Below are positions 12,551 through 24,076 of a stretch of 64,000 nucleotides of DNA, piece after piece. The stretch lies in contig NC_083432.1 in the NCBI RefSeq assembly GCF_020745735.1, forward strand, positions 37,534,533 through 37,598,532. Direction: 5' to 3'. Within the stretch, counting starts at the first letter, position 1, and each line of letters starts with the position of its first letter. Below the pieces are notes generated by a model. That model saw only the letters and a program-made list of their open reading frames with translations. It searched no databases and was not told the origin of the DNA. This DNA is from Hemiscyllium ocellatum (taxonomy: Eukaryota). Both the position numbers and the translations under genes were made by a program.

Positions 12551-13210
12551 TTAACTGGACATCTGTTCTTCAGCTTTCTTCATCCCCACATCCTTCCCAC
12601 TCTCCTGTTTCTCTGTCTCTTGGTCAGGATTGAGCCGGGGAGTGGTTGTTGTCTCCGAGGTGATGTTGATGGGGACGGTCCGTTCATTCACAGCTGGCAG
12701 TGCCAGGCGCGGGGCTTGAACCTTTAACTGACCGTCCTGTGACAAACAGCATCAAAGAGCTTCAGCATCGACATCCTCTGGCAGCTGGAATTCTCTCCTG
12801 AACTCTTCATATTTGTAGCTGTAACAGCCACTGCCATCATCACATTTCTTCTCGTGTTTTCCTGTCACCAGCACTTTTCTTCCAAATACTTTCACCCTCA
12901 GGTCTTCTGGGGGGAAGTGCTGGACATTCAGGGACACAGAAAAGCCATCTCCATCCTTGTCCTCGGATTGTCTTTTACCTTCTCCATTAGCATCAGATTT
13001 GTTCTCGTGAATTCTTTGCACTTCCCCGAAAAATTCAGCTGTCAGCTCCTCAAGAACTCGATTGATGAAGTTCATGCCCTTTCTCGCTTCTTCCACCTGT
13101 TCCCACATGTTACATTCAAGTGGTTCCCAGAGCCTGTGTGAAACAGGCGCCAGTGTGTATACAGGCTGCTGGCACAGCCGTGAAGGGTGGAAAGCCCGAT
13201 AGCTCAGCAT
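12551..13210 (-). pseudogene. hsp30: hsp30-like copy B with an in-frame premature stop (CGA>TGA at 12752-12754)
   Basis: Near-identical to A/C/D. The Arg codon after EAL is TGA and the reading frame continues in phase to 12551. Promoter and polyA signal (12368-12373) are intact. Confidence 0.8.
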
Positions 13211-13303
13211 TGTCTCTGCCTCTTCTCTCACTTCCCTCAAACTGACTGATGTGAACTCCCAGTCTTCAGTCCCTGATCTGCTGCAGCACTCTGAGCTCAC
13301 ACC

Positions 13304-13475
13304 TTATATATTCTACTGCCAGGAATCCAGACATTTCCAGAATGTCCTCAGGTTTGCTGGGCTTATCACATGTGAGCTGGCAATATATATCATCATATCT
13401 CAGCCTTACTTTCAACAGGAATGACTAGACTCTGACATTCACTGGAAGGATTCCAGAGACTTCCGGAATGTACTC
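13304..13475 (-). promoter_or_regulatory. HSE/TATA promoter of hsp30 copy B
   Basis: TATATAA 13304-13310; proximal HSE ~13324-13348; distal HSE TTCcgGAAgtCTCtgGAA ~13451-13470 on the - strand. Confidence 0.75.
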
Positions 13476-15300
13476 AGACAGTGACAGCACAGATGGGAGG
13501 AGCAATGTTAATGATTGACTGGCGAGAGAAGGCGGAGCCTGTGTGGCACAGTGATGTTTGTTTGAGAAGAGATTGATTCATTGAAATATCAACTGAAACT
13601 ATGAGGGAATGAAGAAACAGTGTTTGGTTGAAGAACTTTGCTATTTTCAGTGATTTATAAAAGATTGAAGTGATATGTATCAGTTTCTGATGGAGTGAAG
13701 TGCACAAAAGTTTTATTTATGTCCTAGAAAGTATTTTAGAGCTTTAGCTCATTTATAGTAAAGATAAAATATATTTAAAAATGATATACTTAGAAATTTA
13801 GCTGCTTTGTCCTTCAAAATTAACAAACCCTGTTGCCAACTATGATGTGATATGAGATTTCCAAAAATAGAAAAAGAATAATATGCAACAGTAGCTTTGG
13901 TGTCACACAGCACAAAGTGAGGCGATGTGTCATCTCTCGTGAAAGCACTAACCAATCACATCTATTCCTTTGCCTAAGCTCTGGAAATGATACCTTTAAA
14001 CGTTTATATACAATTCCATCTTTTTGGACGCTTTAAGAGAAGACAAACAAATTATTTTAATATATTAGATTAATTAAATGGCTATAATTTATTTGACATT
14101 TGTGCAGCATTTAACGCATTTTTATTGACTCTGTTGTAGTATTGTTCCTTTCTATCCATCACTGTTGATGTTTCTCACAGCTCTGCAATAAGCTTTTTTC
14201 TCTGTAAATGTAACTCAGTAATGTTAATGATGGGAGAAGGCCACTGACTGATGCTGAGGAGAATGTTACACAGCTGATTGGTATTGTCAATTGAACATTT
14301 ATTGAAACATGCCATCAGAGGGAACTTTGGATTGCAGTTGCTGTAAAGATGGAACAGCGCATGCAGAAATGCCAAAATCGGGATCACTCTTTATAAATAA
14401 CGATTCTCTCAGTGTCAGGAGAAACTTCTTCTGGCGTGGAGTCATTAAATTGAATTCTCTTTCCGAGCGAGCACTGGATACTGCATCTATGAATATATTC
14501 AGTTGTGTGGGAAAGATCATTGTTAATATGGAAGTGATGAGTTATTGTGATAGAAATTAAACTAGAGTAGAGGCTATCGTCATTATCAGTCGGGATGTTA
14601 ATGAGCAGCCTCGCAGGATTCAAGGGCTGAATGGCTTACTCCTGTTCCTAATCCTTGTGTTCAAGAATATTGTCCATTCTCTTATTCAACTGGAACCTTA
14701 TAAAAGCTATTTATGATGCAAGCAGTTGCTTTTATTCCTAGATATTTATACTGATCTTTTTTAACCCAGTGAAATCAGTTCCCACCATCCAGTCACTGTG
14801 CAGTGCAGTGACTTGTGTCTGTGTTGAGCAACAAGCTGCTGTTGCTGCTCATTATGAACACGAAGAGAAACTCTTGTGTCCAAGGAGGTCCTCGGCTTTG
14901 CTGTACTGGCTCTGTACCGCAGTTTGATCTCATAGACAGTACCAAGTTCAGATTTAGGCAGACCTTCACTTGCTGAGTCATTCTGTTTTAAATTGATCCC
15001 TGTAAATTAGGGTTTTCTCTCAACTGACAAAAATGTCAACTTTGAGAATTTTAATGATTGAGCAGTTTCATTTTATGAGGTTAAAGGGAAGAATCATTGT
15101 CATAAACGTTCAAAAGTTTTTATTTTCCCAAAATACATACGTAAGCAACACTTATAATAGCCCAGTACATATTGGCAAGTTGAAGACAATTAATTTTCAG
15201 CAATATACATTCATCCTGGTCTGAGAAATACATGACTGCATATGAACAATTCTTATGTCTGTAAAAGTCAATTGTAATAGTTTTAACTGGACTTAAGTTC

Positions 15301-15942
15301 TTAAGCTTTCTTGTTCCCCATATCTTTCCCACTCTCCTGTTTCTCTGTCTCTTGGTCAGCATTGAGCCGGGGAGAGGTTGTTGTCTCCGAGGTGATGTTG
15401 ATGGGGACGGTCCGTTCATTCACAGCTGGCAGTGCCAGGCGCGGGGCTTGAACCTTTAACTGACCGTCCTGTGACAAACAGCATCGAAGAGCTTCAGCAT
15501 CGACATCCTCTGGCAGCTGGAAATCTCTCCTGAACTCTTCATATTTGTAGCTGTAACAGCCGCTGCCATCATCACATTTCTTCTCGTGTTTTCCTGTCAC
15601 CAGCACTTTTCTTCCAAATACTTTCACCCTCAGGTCTTCTGGGGGGAAGTGCTGGACATTCAGGGACACAGAAAAGCCATCTCCATCCTTGTCCTCGGAT
15701 TGTCTTTTACCTTCTCCATTAGCATCAAACTTGTTCTCGTGAATTCTTTGCACTTCCCCGAAAAATTCAGCTGTCAGCTCCTCAAGAACTCGATTAATGA
15801 AGTCCATGCCCTTTCTCGCTTCTTCCACTTGTTCCCACATGTTACATTCAAGTGGTTCCCAGAGCCTGTCTGAAACAGGCGCCAGTGTGTATACAGGCTG
15901 CTGGCACAGCCGTGAAGGGTGGAAAGCCCGATAGCTCAGCAT
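15301..15942 (-). CDS. hsp30: hsp30-like small heat shock protein, copy C, 213 aa
   Basis: Intact ORF with alpha-crystallin domain; promoter nearly identical to B; AATAAA on the - strand at 15119-15124. Confidence 0.9.
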   Translation of the reverse strand: MLSYRAFHPSRLCQQPVYTLAPVSDRLWEPLECNMWEQVEEARKGMDFINRVLEELTAEFFGEVQRIHENKFDANGEGKRQSEDKDGDGFSVSLNVQHFPPEDLRVKVFGRKVLVTGKHEKKCDDGSGCYSYKYEEFRRDFQLPEDVDAEALRCCLSQDGQLKVQAPRLALPAVNERTVPINITSETTTSPRLNADQETEKQESGKDMGNKKA

Positions 15943-16035
15943 TGTCTCTGCCTCTTCTCTCACTTCCCTCAAACTGACTGATGTGAACTCCCAGTCTTCA
16001 GTCTCTGATCTGCTGCAGCACTCTGAGCTCACACC

Positions 16036-16207
16036 TTATATATTCTACTGCCAGGAATCCAGACATTTCCAGAATGTCCTCAGGTTTGCTGGGCTTATCA
16101 CATGTGAGCTGGCAATATATATCATCATATCTCAGCCTTACTTTCAACAGGAATGACTAGACTCTGACATTCACTGGAAGGATTCCAGAGACTTCCGGAA
16201 TGTACTC
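16036..16207 (-). promoter_or_regulatory. HSE/TATA promoter of hsp30 copy C
   Basis: Same TATA, proximal HSE and distal HSE as copy B, offset by 2732 bp. Confidence 0.75.
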
Positions 16208-18013
16208 AGACAGTGACAGCACAGATGGGAGGAGCAATGTTAATGATTGACTGGCGAGAGAAGGTGGAGCCTGTGTGGCACAGTGATGCTTGTTTGAGAA
16301 AATATTGATTCATTGAAATATCAACTGAAACTATGAGGGAATGAAGAAACAGTGTTTGGTTGAAGAACTTTGCTATTTTCAGTGATTTATAAAAGATTGA
16401 AATGATATGTATCAGTTTCTGATGGAGTGAAGTGCACAAAAGTTTTATTTATGTCCTAGAAAGTATTTTAGGGCTTTAGCTCATTTATAGTAAAGATAAA
16501 ATATATTTAAAAATGATAAACTTAGAAATTTAGCTGCTTTGTCCTTCAAAATTAACAAACCCTGTTGCCAACTATGATGAGATTTCCAAAAATAGAAAAA
16601 GAATAAAATGCAACAGTAGCTTTGGTGTCACACAGCACAAAGTGAGGCGATGTGTCATCTCTCGTGAAAGCACGAACCAATCACATCTATTCCTTTGCCT
16701 AAGCTCTGGAAATGATACCTTTAAACGTTTATATACAATTCCATCTTTTTGGACGCTTTAAGAGAAGACAAACAAATTATATTAATATATTAGATTAATT
16801 AAATGGCTATAATTTATTTGACATTTGTGCAGCATTTAACGCATTTTTATTGACTCTGTTGTAGTATTGTTCCTTTCTATCCATCACTGTTGATGTTTCT
16901 CACAGCTCTGCAATAAGCTTTTTTCTCTGTAAATGTAACTCAGTAATGTTAATGATGGGAGAAGGCCACTGACTGATGCTGAGGAGAATGTTACACAGCT
17001 GATTGGTGTTGTCAATTGAACATTTATTGAAACATGCCATCAGAGGGAACTTTGGATTGCAGTTGCTGTAAAGATGGAACAGCGCATGCAGAAATGCCAA
17101 AATCGGGATTACTCTTTATAAATAACGATTCTCTCAGTGTCAGGAGAAACTTCTTCTGGCATGGAGTCATTAAATTGAATTCTCTTTCCGAGCGAGCACT
17201 GGATACTGCATCTATGAATATATTCAGTTGTGTGGGAAAGATCATTGTTAACATGGAAGTGATGAGTTATTGTGATGGAGTAGAGGCTATCGTCATTATC
17301 AGTCGGGATGTTAATGAGCAGCCTCGCAGGATTCAAGGGCTGAATGGCTTACTCCTGTTCCTAATCCTTGTGTTCAAGAATATTGTCCATTCTCTTATTG
17401 AACTGGAACCTTATAAAAGCTATTTATGATGCAAGCAGCTGCTTTTATTCCTAGATATTTATACTGATTTTTTTTAACCCAGTGAAATCAGTTCCCACCG
17501 TCCAGTCACTGTGCAGTGCAGTGACTAGTGTCTGTGTTGAACAACGAGCTGCTGTTGCTGCTCATTATGAACACGAAGAGAAACTCTTGTGTCCAAGGAG
17601 GTCCTCGGGTTTGCTATACTGGCTCTGTACTGCAGTTTGATCTCATAGACAGAACCAAGTTCAGATTTAGGCAGATCTTCACTTGCTGAGTCATTCTGTT
17701 TTAAATTGATCCCTGTAAATTAGGGTTTTCTCTCAACTGACAAAAATGTCAACTTTGAGAATTTTAATGATTGAGCAGTTTCATTTTATGAGGTTAAAGG
17801 GAAGAATCATTGTCATAAACGTTAAAAAGTTTTTATTTTCCCAAAATACATACATAAGCAACACTCATAATAGCCCAGTACATATTGGCAAGTTGAAGAC
17901 AATTAATTTTCAGCAATATACATTCATCCTGGTCTGAGAAATACATGACTGCATATGAACAATTCTTATGTCTGTAAAAGTCAATTGTAATAGTTTTAAC
18001 TGGACTTAAGTTC

Positions 18014-18655
18014 TTAAGCTTTCTTGTTCCCCATATCTTTCCCACTCTCCTGTTTCTCTGTCTCTTGGTCAGGATTGAGCCGGGGAGTGGTTGTTGTCAC
18101 TGAGGTGATGTTGATGGGGACGGTCCGTTCATTCACAGCTGGCAGTGCCAGGCGCGGGGCTTGAACCTTTAACTGACCGTCCTGTGACAAACAGCATCGA
18201 AGAGCTTCAGCATCGACATCCTCTGGCAGCTGGAATTCTCTCCTGAACTCTTCATATTTGTAGCTGTAACAGCCGCTGCCATCATCACATTTCTTCTCGT
18301 GTTTTCCTGTCACCAGCACTTTTCTTTCGAATACTTTCACCCTCAGGTCTTCTGGGGGGAAGCCTTGGACATTCAGGGACACAGAAAAGCCATCTCCATC
18401 CTTGTCCCCGGATAGTCTATTACCTTTTCTGTTTTGGCCAAACCTGTTGTCTCGAATTCTTGGCACTTCCCGAAAAAATTCTCTTATCACCTCCTCAAGA
18501 ACTCGATTGATGAAGTTCATGCCCTTTCTCGCTTCTTCCACCTGTTCCCACATGTTACATTCAAGTGGTTCCCAGAGCTTGTGTGAAACAGGCGCCAGTG
18601 TGTATACAGGCTGCTGGCACAGACGTGAAGGGTGGAAAGCCCGATAGCTCAGCAT
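18014..18655 (-). CDS. hsp30: hsp30-like small heat shock protein, copy D, 213 aa
   Basis: Intact ORF with alpha-crystallin domain; distinct linker (EVIREFFREVPRIRDNRFGQNRKGNRLSG); AATAAA on the - strand at 17832-17837. Confidence 0.9.
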   Translation of the reverse strand: MLSYRAFHPSRLCQQPVYTLAPVSHKLWEPLECNMWEQVEEARKGMNFINRVLEEVIREFFREVPRIRDNRFGQNRKGNRLSGDKDGDGFSVSLNVQGFPPEDLRVKVFERKVLVTGKHEKKCDDGSGCYSYKYEEFRREFQLPEDVDAEALRCCLSQDGQLKVQAPRLALPAVNERTVPINITSVTTTTPRLNPDQETEKQESGKDMGNKKA

Positions 18656-18748
18656 TGTCTCTGCCTCTTCTCTCACTTCCCTCAAACTGACTGATGTGAA
18701 CTCCCAGTCTTCAGTCTCTGATCTGCTGCAGCACTCTGAGCTCACACC

Positions 18749-18932
18749 TTATATATTCTACTGCCAGGAATCCAGACATTTCCAGAATGATCTAACATTT
18801 GCTGCGTTCATAACACATGAGCTGCAAACAAATGACTTAACCTAATCAAGAATATCTTGACTCAATGACACATTGGTATATTTAGAGACTTCTGGAATGT
18901 TTTTTTCCCCAGTGGCAAGTTTTCCAGAATCA
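18749..18932 (-). promoter_or_regulatory. HSE/TATA promoter of hsp30 copy D
   Basis: TATATAA and proximal HSE are shared with the other copies. Upstream sequence diverges but keeps TTCcaGAA (~18890-18897) and TTCtgGAA (~18922-18929) on the - strand. Confidence 0.7.
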
Positions 18933-20049
18933 ATGTGCTAACATTGTAACATGATATTAATTAGTCTTAACGTTTTTTGTTGTTTATTGGACAGTAAACC
19001 ATGCAAGTACGTATAAAGTAATTAAGCCTCATGAGGTTCAAGTGTCTGTGGGTTGTATGAGAAGCTCTCTTTAATAATGGTGTGAATACTAAGACAAACA
19101 GCTGTTACATTCTCCAATGTCATATCCAGATTCTTGAAAACTTATGTAACTGCATAAGTGTGCAGCATGTTGTTGACCACGAGCACTCAACGACTATTTC
19201 CATTCATTTACGAATGCAACCTGACAGCATTTGGCTTTACTTAGATTCTGACTGTTAATACTATTTCTCTGCAGGGGAATTAAGTCAGAAATAGACCAGC
19301 ATCTCAGATCCAAATAAATGTTGACCGAGTGCAGTAAAACAAGTGAAATGACCTGTGCTCAGAGGGGATAAAAGGACTGAAAATTAATTTGTGAAAGTGT
19401 TTCAGGGAATTAATTTTATTCTATATTAATGACTTCTGAGGAAGATAATGGAGGTAAAAGAAAGACTTTGCATTTATATAGTACTTGTCATAACCACTTG
19501 ATATTTCAAAACACTTAGAGTCTATTAAGTACTTTCAAATGTCTCCATTGTAATATTGGATATGCAGCAGATATTTGCTCCCAACGACAAATGTGATAAT
19601 GTCCCGTGAAACTATTTTTGAGGATGTTGTTTGTGGGATAGCTATCAGCCAGAATTCAATTCCATTGATGGTCTTCAAAATAGGGCCAGGCTATCTTTTA
19701 CCACTACCTAAAAAAGCAGATGAAACCATGGTTGTATATCGTAAAGTTGGCACCTCCAAAGTGCAATACTTCCTGATTTTTGTGGTCAAGCCTGAAGAAA
19801 TCTTGTGGCAAGAGTACTTGCCATCTGAACCACAGCTGAGGCTCAAAATACCAATTGCTATTGTTTCATTTGCATCCAAAGCAGAGAGGAAGCTTTTGGG
19901 ATCCAATATATAGATAATTTGAGACATGTCAAGTAGAATCCTTAGGATAACAGTGCTCTTGGATGCTGCCCATTGTTCCTTGTGTCATATTACAGACTAA
20001 TTGATACTGGAAGAAAGTGAAGACTGCAGACACTGGAGATCAGAGTCGA

Positions 20050-21118
20050 GAGTCATGGGGTCGTAGAGGTGTACAGCACGGAAACAGACCCTTTAGTCCA
20101 ACTTGTCCATGCTGACCAGATATCCCAACCCAATCTAGTCCCACCTGCCAGCATCCGGCCCGTATCCCTCCAAACCCTTCCTATTCATATACCCATCTAA
20201 ATGTCTCTTAAATGTCGCAATTGTACCAGCCTCCACCACATCCTCTGGCAGCTCATTCCATACACGTACCATCCTCTGCATGAAAAAGTTGCCCCTTAGG
20301 TCTCTTTTATATCTTTCCCCTCTCACCCTAAACCTATTCCCTCTAGTTCTGGACTCACCGACCCCAAGGAAAAGACTTTGCCTATTTACCCTATTCATGC
20401 CCCTAATAATTTTGTAAACCTCTATAAGGTCACCTCTCAGCCTCTGACGCTCCAGGTAAAACAGCCCCAGCCTGTTCAGCCTCTCCCTGTAGCTCAAATC
20501 ATCCAACCGTGGCAACATCCTTGTAAATCTTTTCTGAACCCTTTCAAGTTTCACAACATCTTTCTGATAGGAAGGAGACCAGAATTGCATGCAATATTTC
20601 AACAGTGACCTAACCAGTGTCGTGTACAGCCGCAACAAGACCTCCCAACTCCTGTATTCAATACTCTGACCAATAAAGGAAAGCATACCAAATGCCTTCT
20701 TCACTATCCTATCTACCTGTGACTCCACTTTCAAAGGACATATGAACCTGCACTCCAAGGTCTCTTTGTTCAGCAACACTCTCGAGGACCTTACCATTAA
20801 GTGTATAAGTCCTGCTAAGATTTGCTTTCCCAAAATGTAGCACCTCGCATTTATCTGAATTAAACTCCATCTGCCACTTCTCAACCCATTGGTCCATCTG
20901 GTCCAGATCCTGTTGTAATCTGAGGTAACCCTCTTCGCTGTCCACTACACCTCCAATTTTGGTGTAATCTGCAAACTTACTAACTGTACCTCTTATGCTC
21001 ACATCCAAATCATTTATGTAAATAACAAAAAGTAGAGGACCCAGCACCGATCCTTGTGGCACTCCACTGGTCACAGGCCTCCCGTCAAAAAAACAATCCT
21101 CCACCACCACCCTCTGTC
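20050..21118 (-). mobile_element. CR1/HER1-like LINE, 3' ~1.07 kb
   Basis: GVPQGSVLGPLLFVIYIND...FADYTK through the 3' tail. Confidence 0.92.
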
Positions 21119-21149
21119 TGATTCATGACATTGTTTTGTTTTATTTGTT

Positions 21150-21950
21150 CAGGAATTTGAGTGTCACTGACAAGGCCAGTTCAATATTTCAATATCCCTA
21201 ATTAAGCTAGAGAAGGGAATGTGAGCAGCCTCCTTGAACTGTTGCAGTCAATGGGGAATGTATGTTTTGTATGCCTGTGTCCAGAGTCCTGTCAGGAATG
21301 GAGTTCCAAGATTCTGATCCAGCAACAGGGAAGGCATGGCCAATTTTGTTTAAAGTCAAGCTGGTGTATGAATTAGAGGGGGATTTACAAGTGGTGCGTT
21401 GCCATGTGTGCCAAAGGTTATGGAAGTGGAAAGTGCTGTGAAAGAAGTTATGAGATGCTGTAGTACAATTTGTTGATGGTCCACATTGCTGCCTTTGTGG
21501 GCTAGTGATAGAGAGAGGGAACATTTAACATGCCAAATGGGATGCCAATCAAACAGTCTGCATTGTCTTGAATGGTATCAAGCCTCTTAAGTGTTGTTGG
21601 AGCTGCACTCATAACTTTTGCTTATTTATATAGCTGTCCACTTGTGTTTCTATTCCATAGTAACCCCAAGGATGTCATTAGTAGATGATTTACTGCACTG
21701 CCACTGAATGTCAAGGGGGAATGTCTAGACTCTCTTGCTGGAGCTAGTCATTGCCCTGTGTGGCACTTGAACATGTGCATGTATTGTGAATATCACTTGA
21801 TACTTCACAGCCCAAGTCTATATGTTATCCATGGGGGCATGGACTTCTGCATTGTCTGAGGAGTTGTGAATGGCATTAAACATTGCGCAAACATGGGCGA
21901 AGGTTATGAAGGTGGGAAGATAGAGCAGCTAAAGATGTTTGGCTCAAGGA
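21150..21950 (-). mobile_element. Old degraded LINE fragment
   Basis: Similar to 48435-49640, with shared motifs such as gcagcctccttgaactgttgcagtc and aagtgttgttggagctgc. Confidence 0.5.
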
Positions 21951-23279
21951 CACGAGCCAGAAAGCAAGTGAAATCCCTGATAATTTCTTTTGTCTTTTTA
22001 CTGCTACACATCACTAATATTCCTGACAAGTTAATGGTACCATGCATTGAAATAAACAGGCTGCTGCCACCTAAGCAAAATTAATGTGATCACTGCACAG
22101 CATTTAAGACAAAGCACAGCAGGTCAGGGAGCATCCAAGGACCAAGAGAATCGATGTTTTGGGCATAATCACTTCATCAGGAATCCATTTTGGGCATACG
22201 TCCTTCATCAGTAATTTATACCTACTGACTTCTATCATTGGTCAACAACTCCATTATCACTGCAACATGCAATTAGCAAGAAGACGACAACAGGACAAAA
22301 GAGACCACCCATGAGAAAAATCAGCACTCTAATCAGTATGGAGCTGATGTGACTGTCAGGAAGTAAGGCATCGGGGATGGGAGAGGTCAAGAAGTATGTG
22401 TCCAAGACTCTGATGCTGTGCAACACAAGCAACATGTTCTCTATCTGCAAAACCGAGGCAAAACAACTGCAGGCATGACAGCCCTGATGAAGGGCTTTTG
22501 CCCGAAACATTGATTTTCCTGCTCTTCGGATGCTGCCTGACCTGTTGTGCTTTTCTAGCACCACTCTGATCCAAAAGCATGACAGCTACAATGTAGATCA
22601 AGGCAATGAGGTTCAAAAGATTATCTCAAGGTTGAGCAAGGGGAAAATCGGGAGTGTAGTGGAAGATTCTATACTTCAGGAAACAAACATAGCTTTTTTT
22701 GCAGCCACAAAACAAGAGATCCGAAGGTTTCATTGCCCAGCAATGCCAAGGTAATATATCCCAAGGCATGTGGAGAGAATTTGAACAGGGAGGGGAGACA
22801 TCCCAAGTTTCATGGTTAATGATCTCAGAACAACAATGTAACTAAAACAGAGCAGGAGTTCCTGCCAAGGCTAGTTAGGAGTATTCAACACTGTGCAAAA
22901 ACAACTGTAAAAGGCTTATGTATTGAAAAGGAGCAGCAACACTTCATTTTTTAAAAAGCCACTTAAAATTACTCAACTTCTGTGTTGGAAGCTTCAGAAT
23001 GCAATCTGTCTTACAGGAGCTGCAATAACTAGTTACAGACAGAGTGAAAATCCAAAGATTACTACCCAAGTCATTTGAAAATTGATAAACAGATCAGAAG
23101 AATTAGCATATGGCTGAAGGCCTGACATCGAAAAAGAGGGGTGGGCTCCTTTTCATGGGACAGTGTCAAGTAGCGATCAATCATGCTTCAACCATTTTGA
23201 GACGCCCTTGACCCTGGCATCAGGAAGACAATATACTATCTAGGATTCACAGTCATGGCCGCAGAATCTCCTGTCTGTG

Positions 23280-23580
23280 CAAGGGTCTTTTCCCTTGGGT
23301 GGGAGAGTTCAAAACTAGGCGGCATGATTTTAAGGTTAGAGAAGAAAGTTTTAAAAAGGACATGAGGGGCAACTTTTCCCCACAGACAGTAGTTCAAATG
23401 TGGGATGAACTACTAGAAAAAGTGGTAGATGTAGGTGTAGTGATAATATTTAAAAGATATTTGGATGAGTATTTGGAGGAATATGTGCCAAATGCAGGCA
23501 AGTGGGAGAGTTTGGTTCGGAAACATGGTTGGTATGCACTAGTTGGATCAAAGGGCCTGTTTCCATGTTGTATGACTCGA
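23280..23580 (+). mobile_element. CR1 3' tail
   Basis: KTRRHDFKVREESFKKDMRGNF. Confidence 0.75.
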
Positions 23581-24033
23581 GGTCAAGAAATCATATTTAA
23601 TCATTTTTATACATGAGAATGTTTCACACTAGGTAGACAGGAATCAACAGGTTCTGCAATGTGCTTTCATATATAAAGTTTGGGGCCAATAATTAAATAA
23701 TTAAAGAATGCAAACTCAGCAAACATTCACATTGTGAGAAACAAGAGCTTCATCAATTTGTATCGAGGATACAATGTAAAAATCAATAAATAAGGAAATA
23801 TAAATGACATAAGGCATTTACTCTGTTTTGCACTCATTTAAAGTGTATTCAAAACAATTTTATTTTAAAACATCAAGAACTGCAATAAAATGCATTCCAT
23901 AACAAAGTTCAGCAACAGATAAAACAAATTGGAAATTCTTGAAACATGAAAACTTCAGTCTTCCATTTAACAATGAAGGTGAAGCTTAATACAGCTGCCA
24001 GTCACCACGGTGTTGCCACTCCATTTGCAGACC

Positions 24034-24076
24034 TCACTTGGACCTTGCCCTCATCTTCCTACGTTTGCGCTTCAAT
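24034..24076 (-). CDS. RPL41: RPL41 exon 3 (R-LKRKRRKMRARSK*)
   Basis: TAG acceptor, TGA stop, AATAAA ~170 nt downstream. Confidence 0.93.

Larger units (their letters stand above)
12590..18790 (-). repeat. ~2.72-kb tandem duplication carrying hsp30 B/C/D
   Basis: Spacers 13211-15300 and 15943-18013 are nearly identical; the periods are 2732 and 2713 bp. Confidence 0.9.

Noticed and set aside
12551-12745. Separate 64-aa ORF, or a frameshift in copy B
   Set aside because: It is in the same frame as the upstream part and is the remainder after a single nonsense codon. No evidence for selenocysteine or readthrough was seen.
19575-19927. 112-aa and 78-aa ORFs between hsp30 D and the CR1
   Set aside because: No recognisable domain or splice context; the region resembles a degraded repeat.
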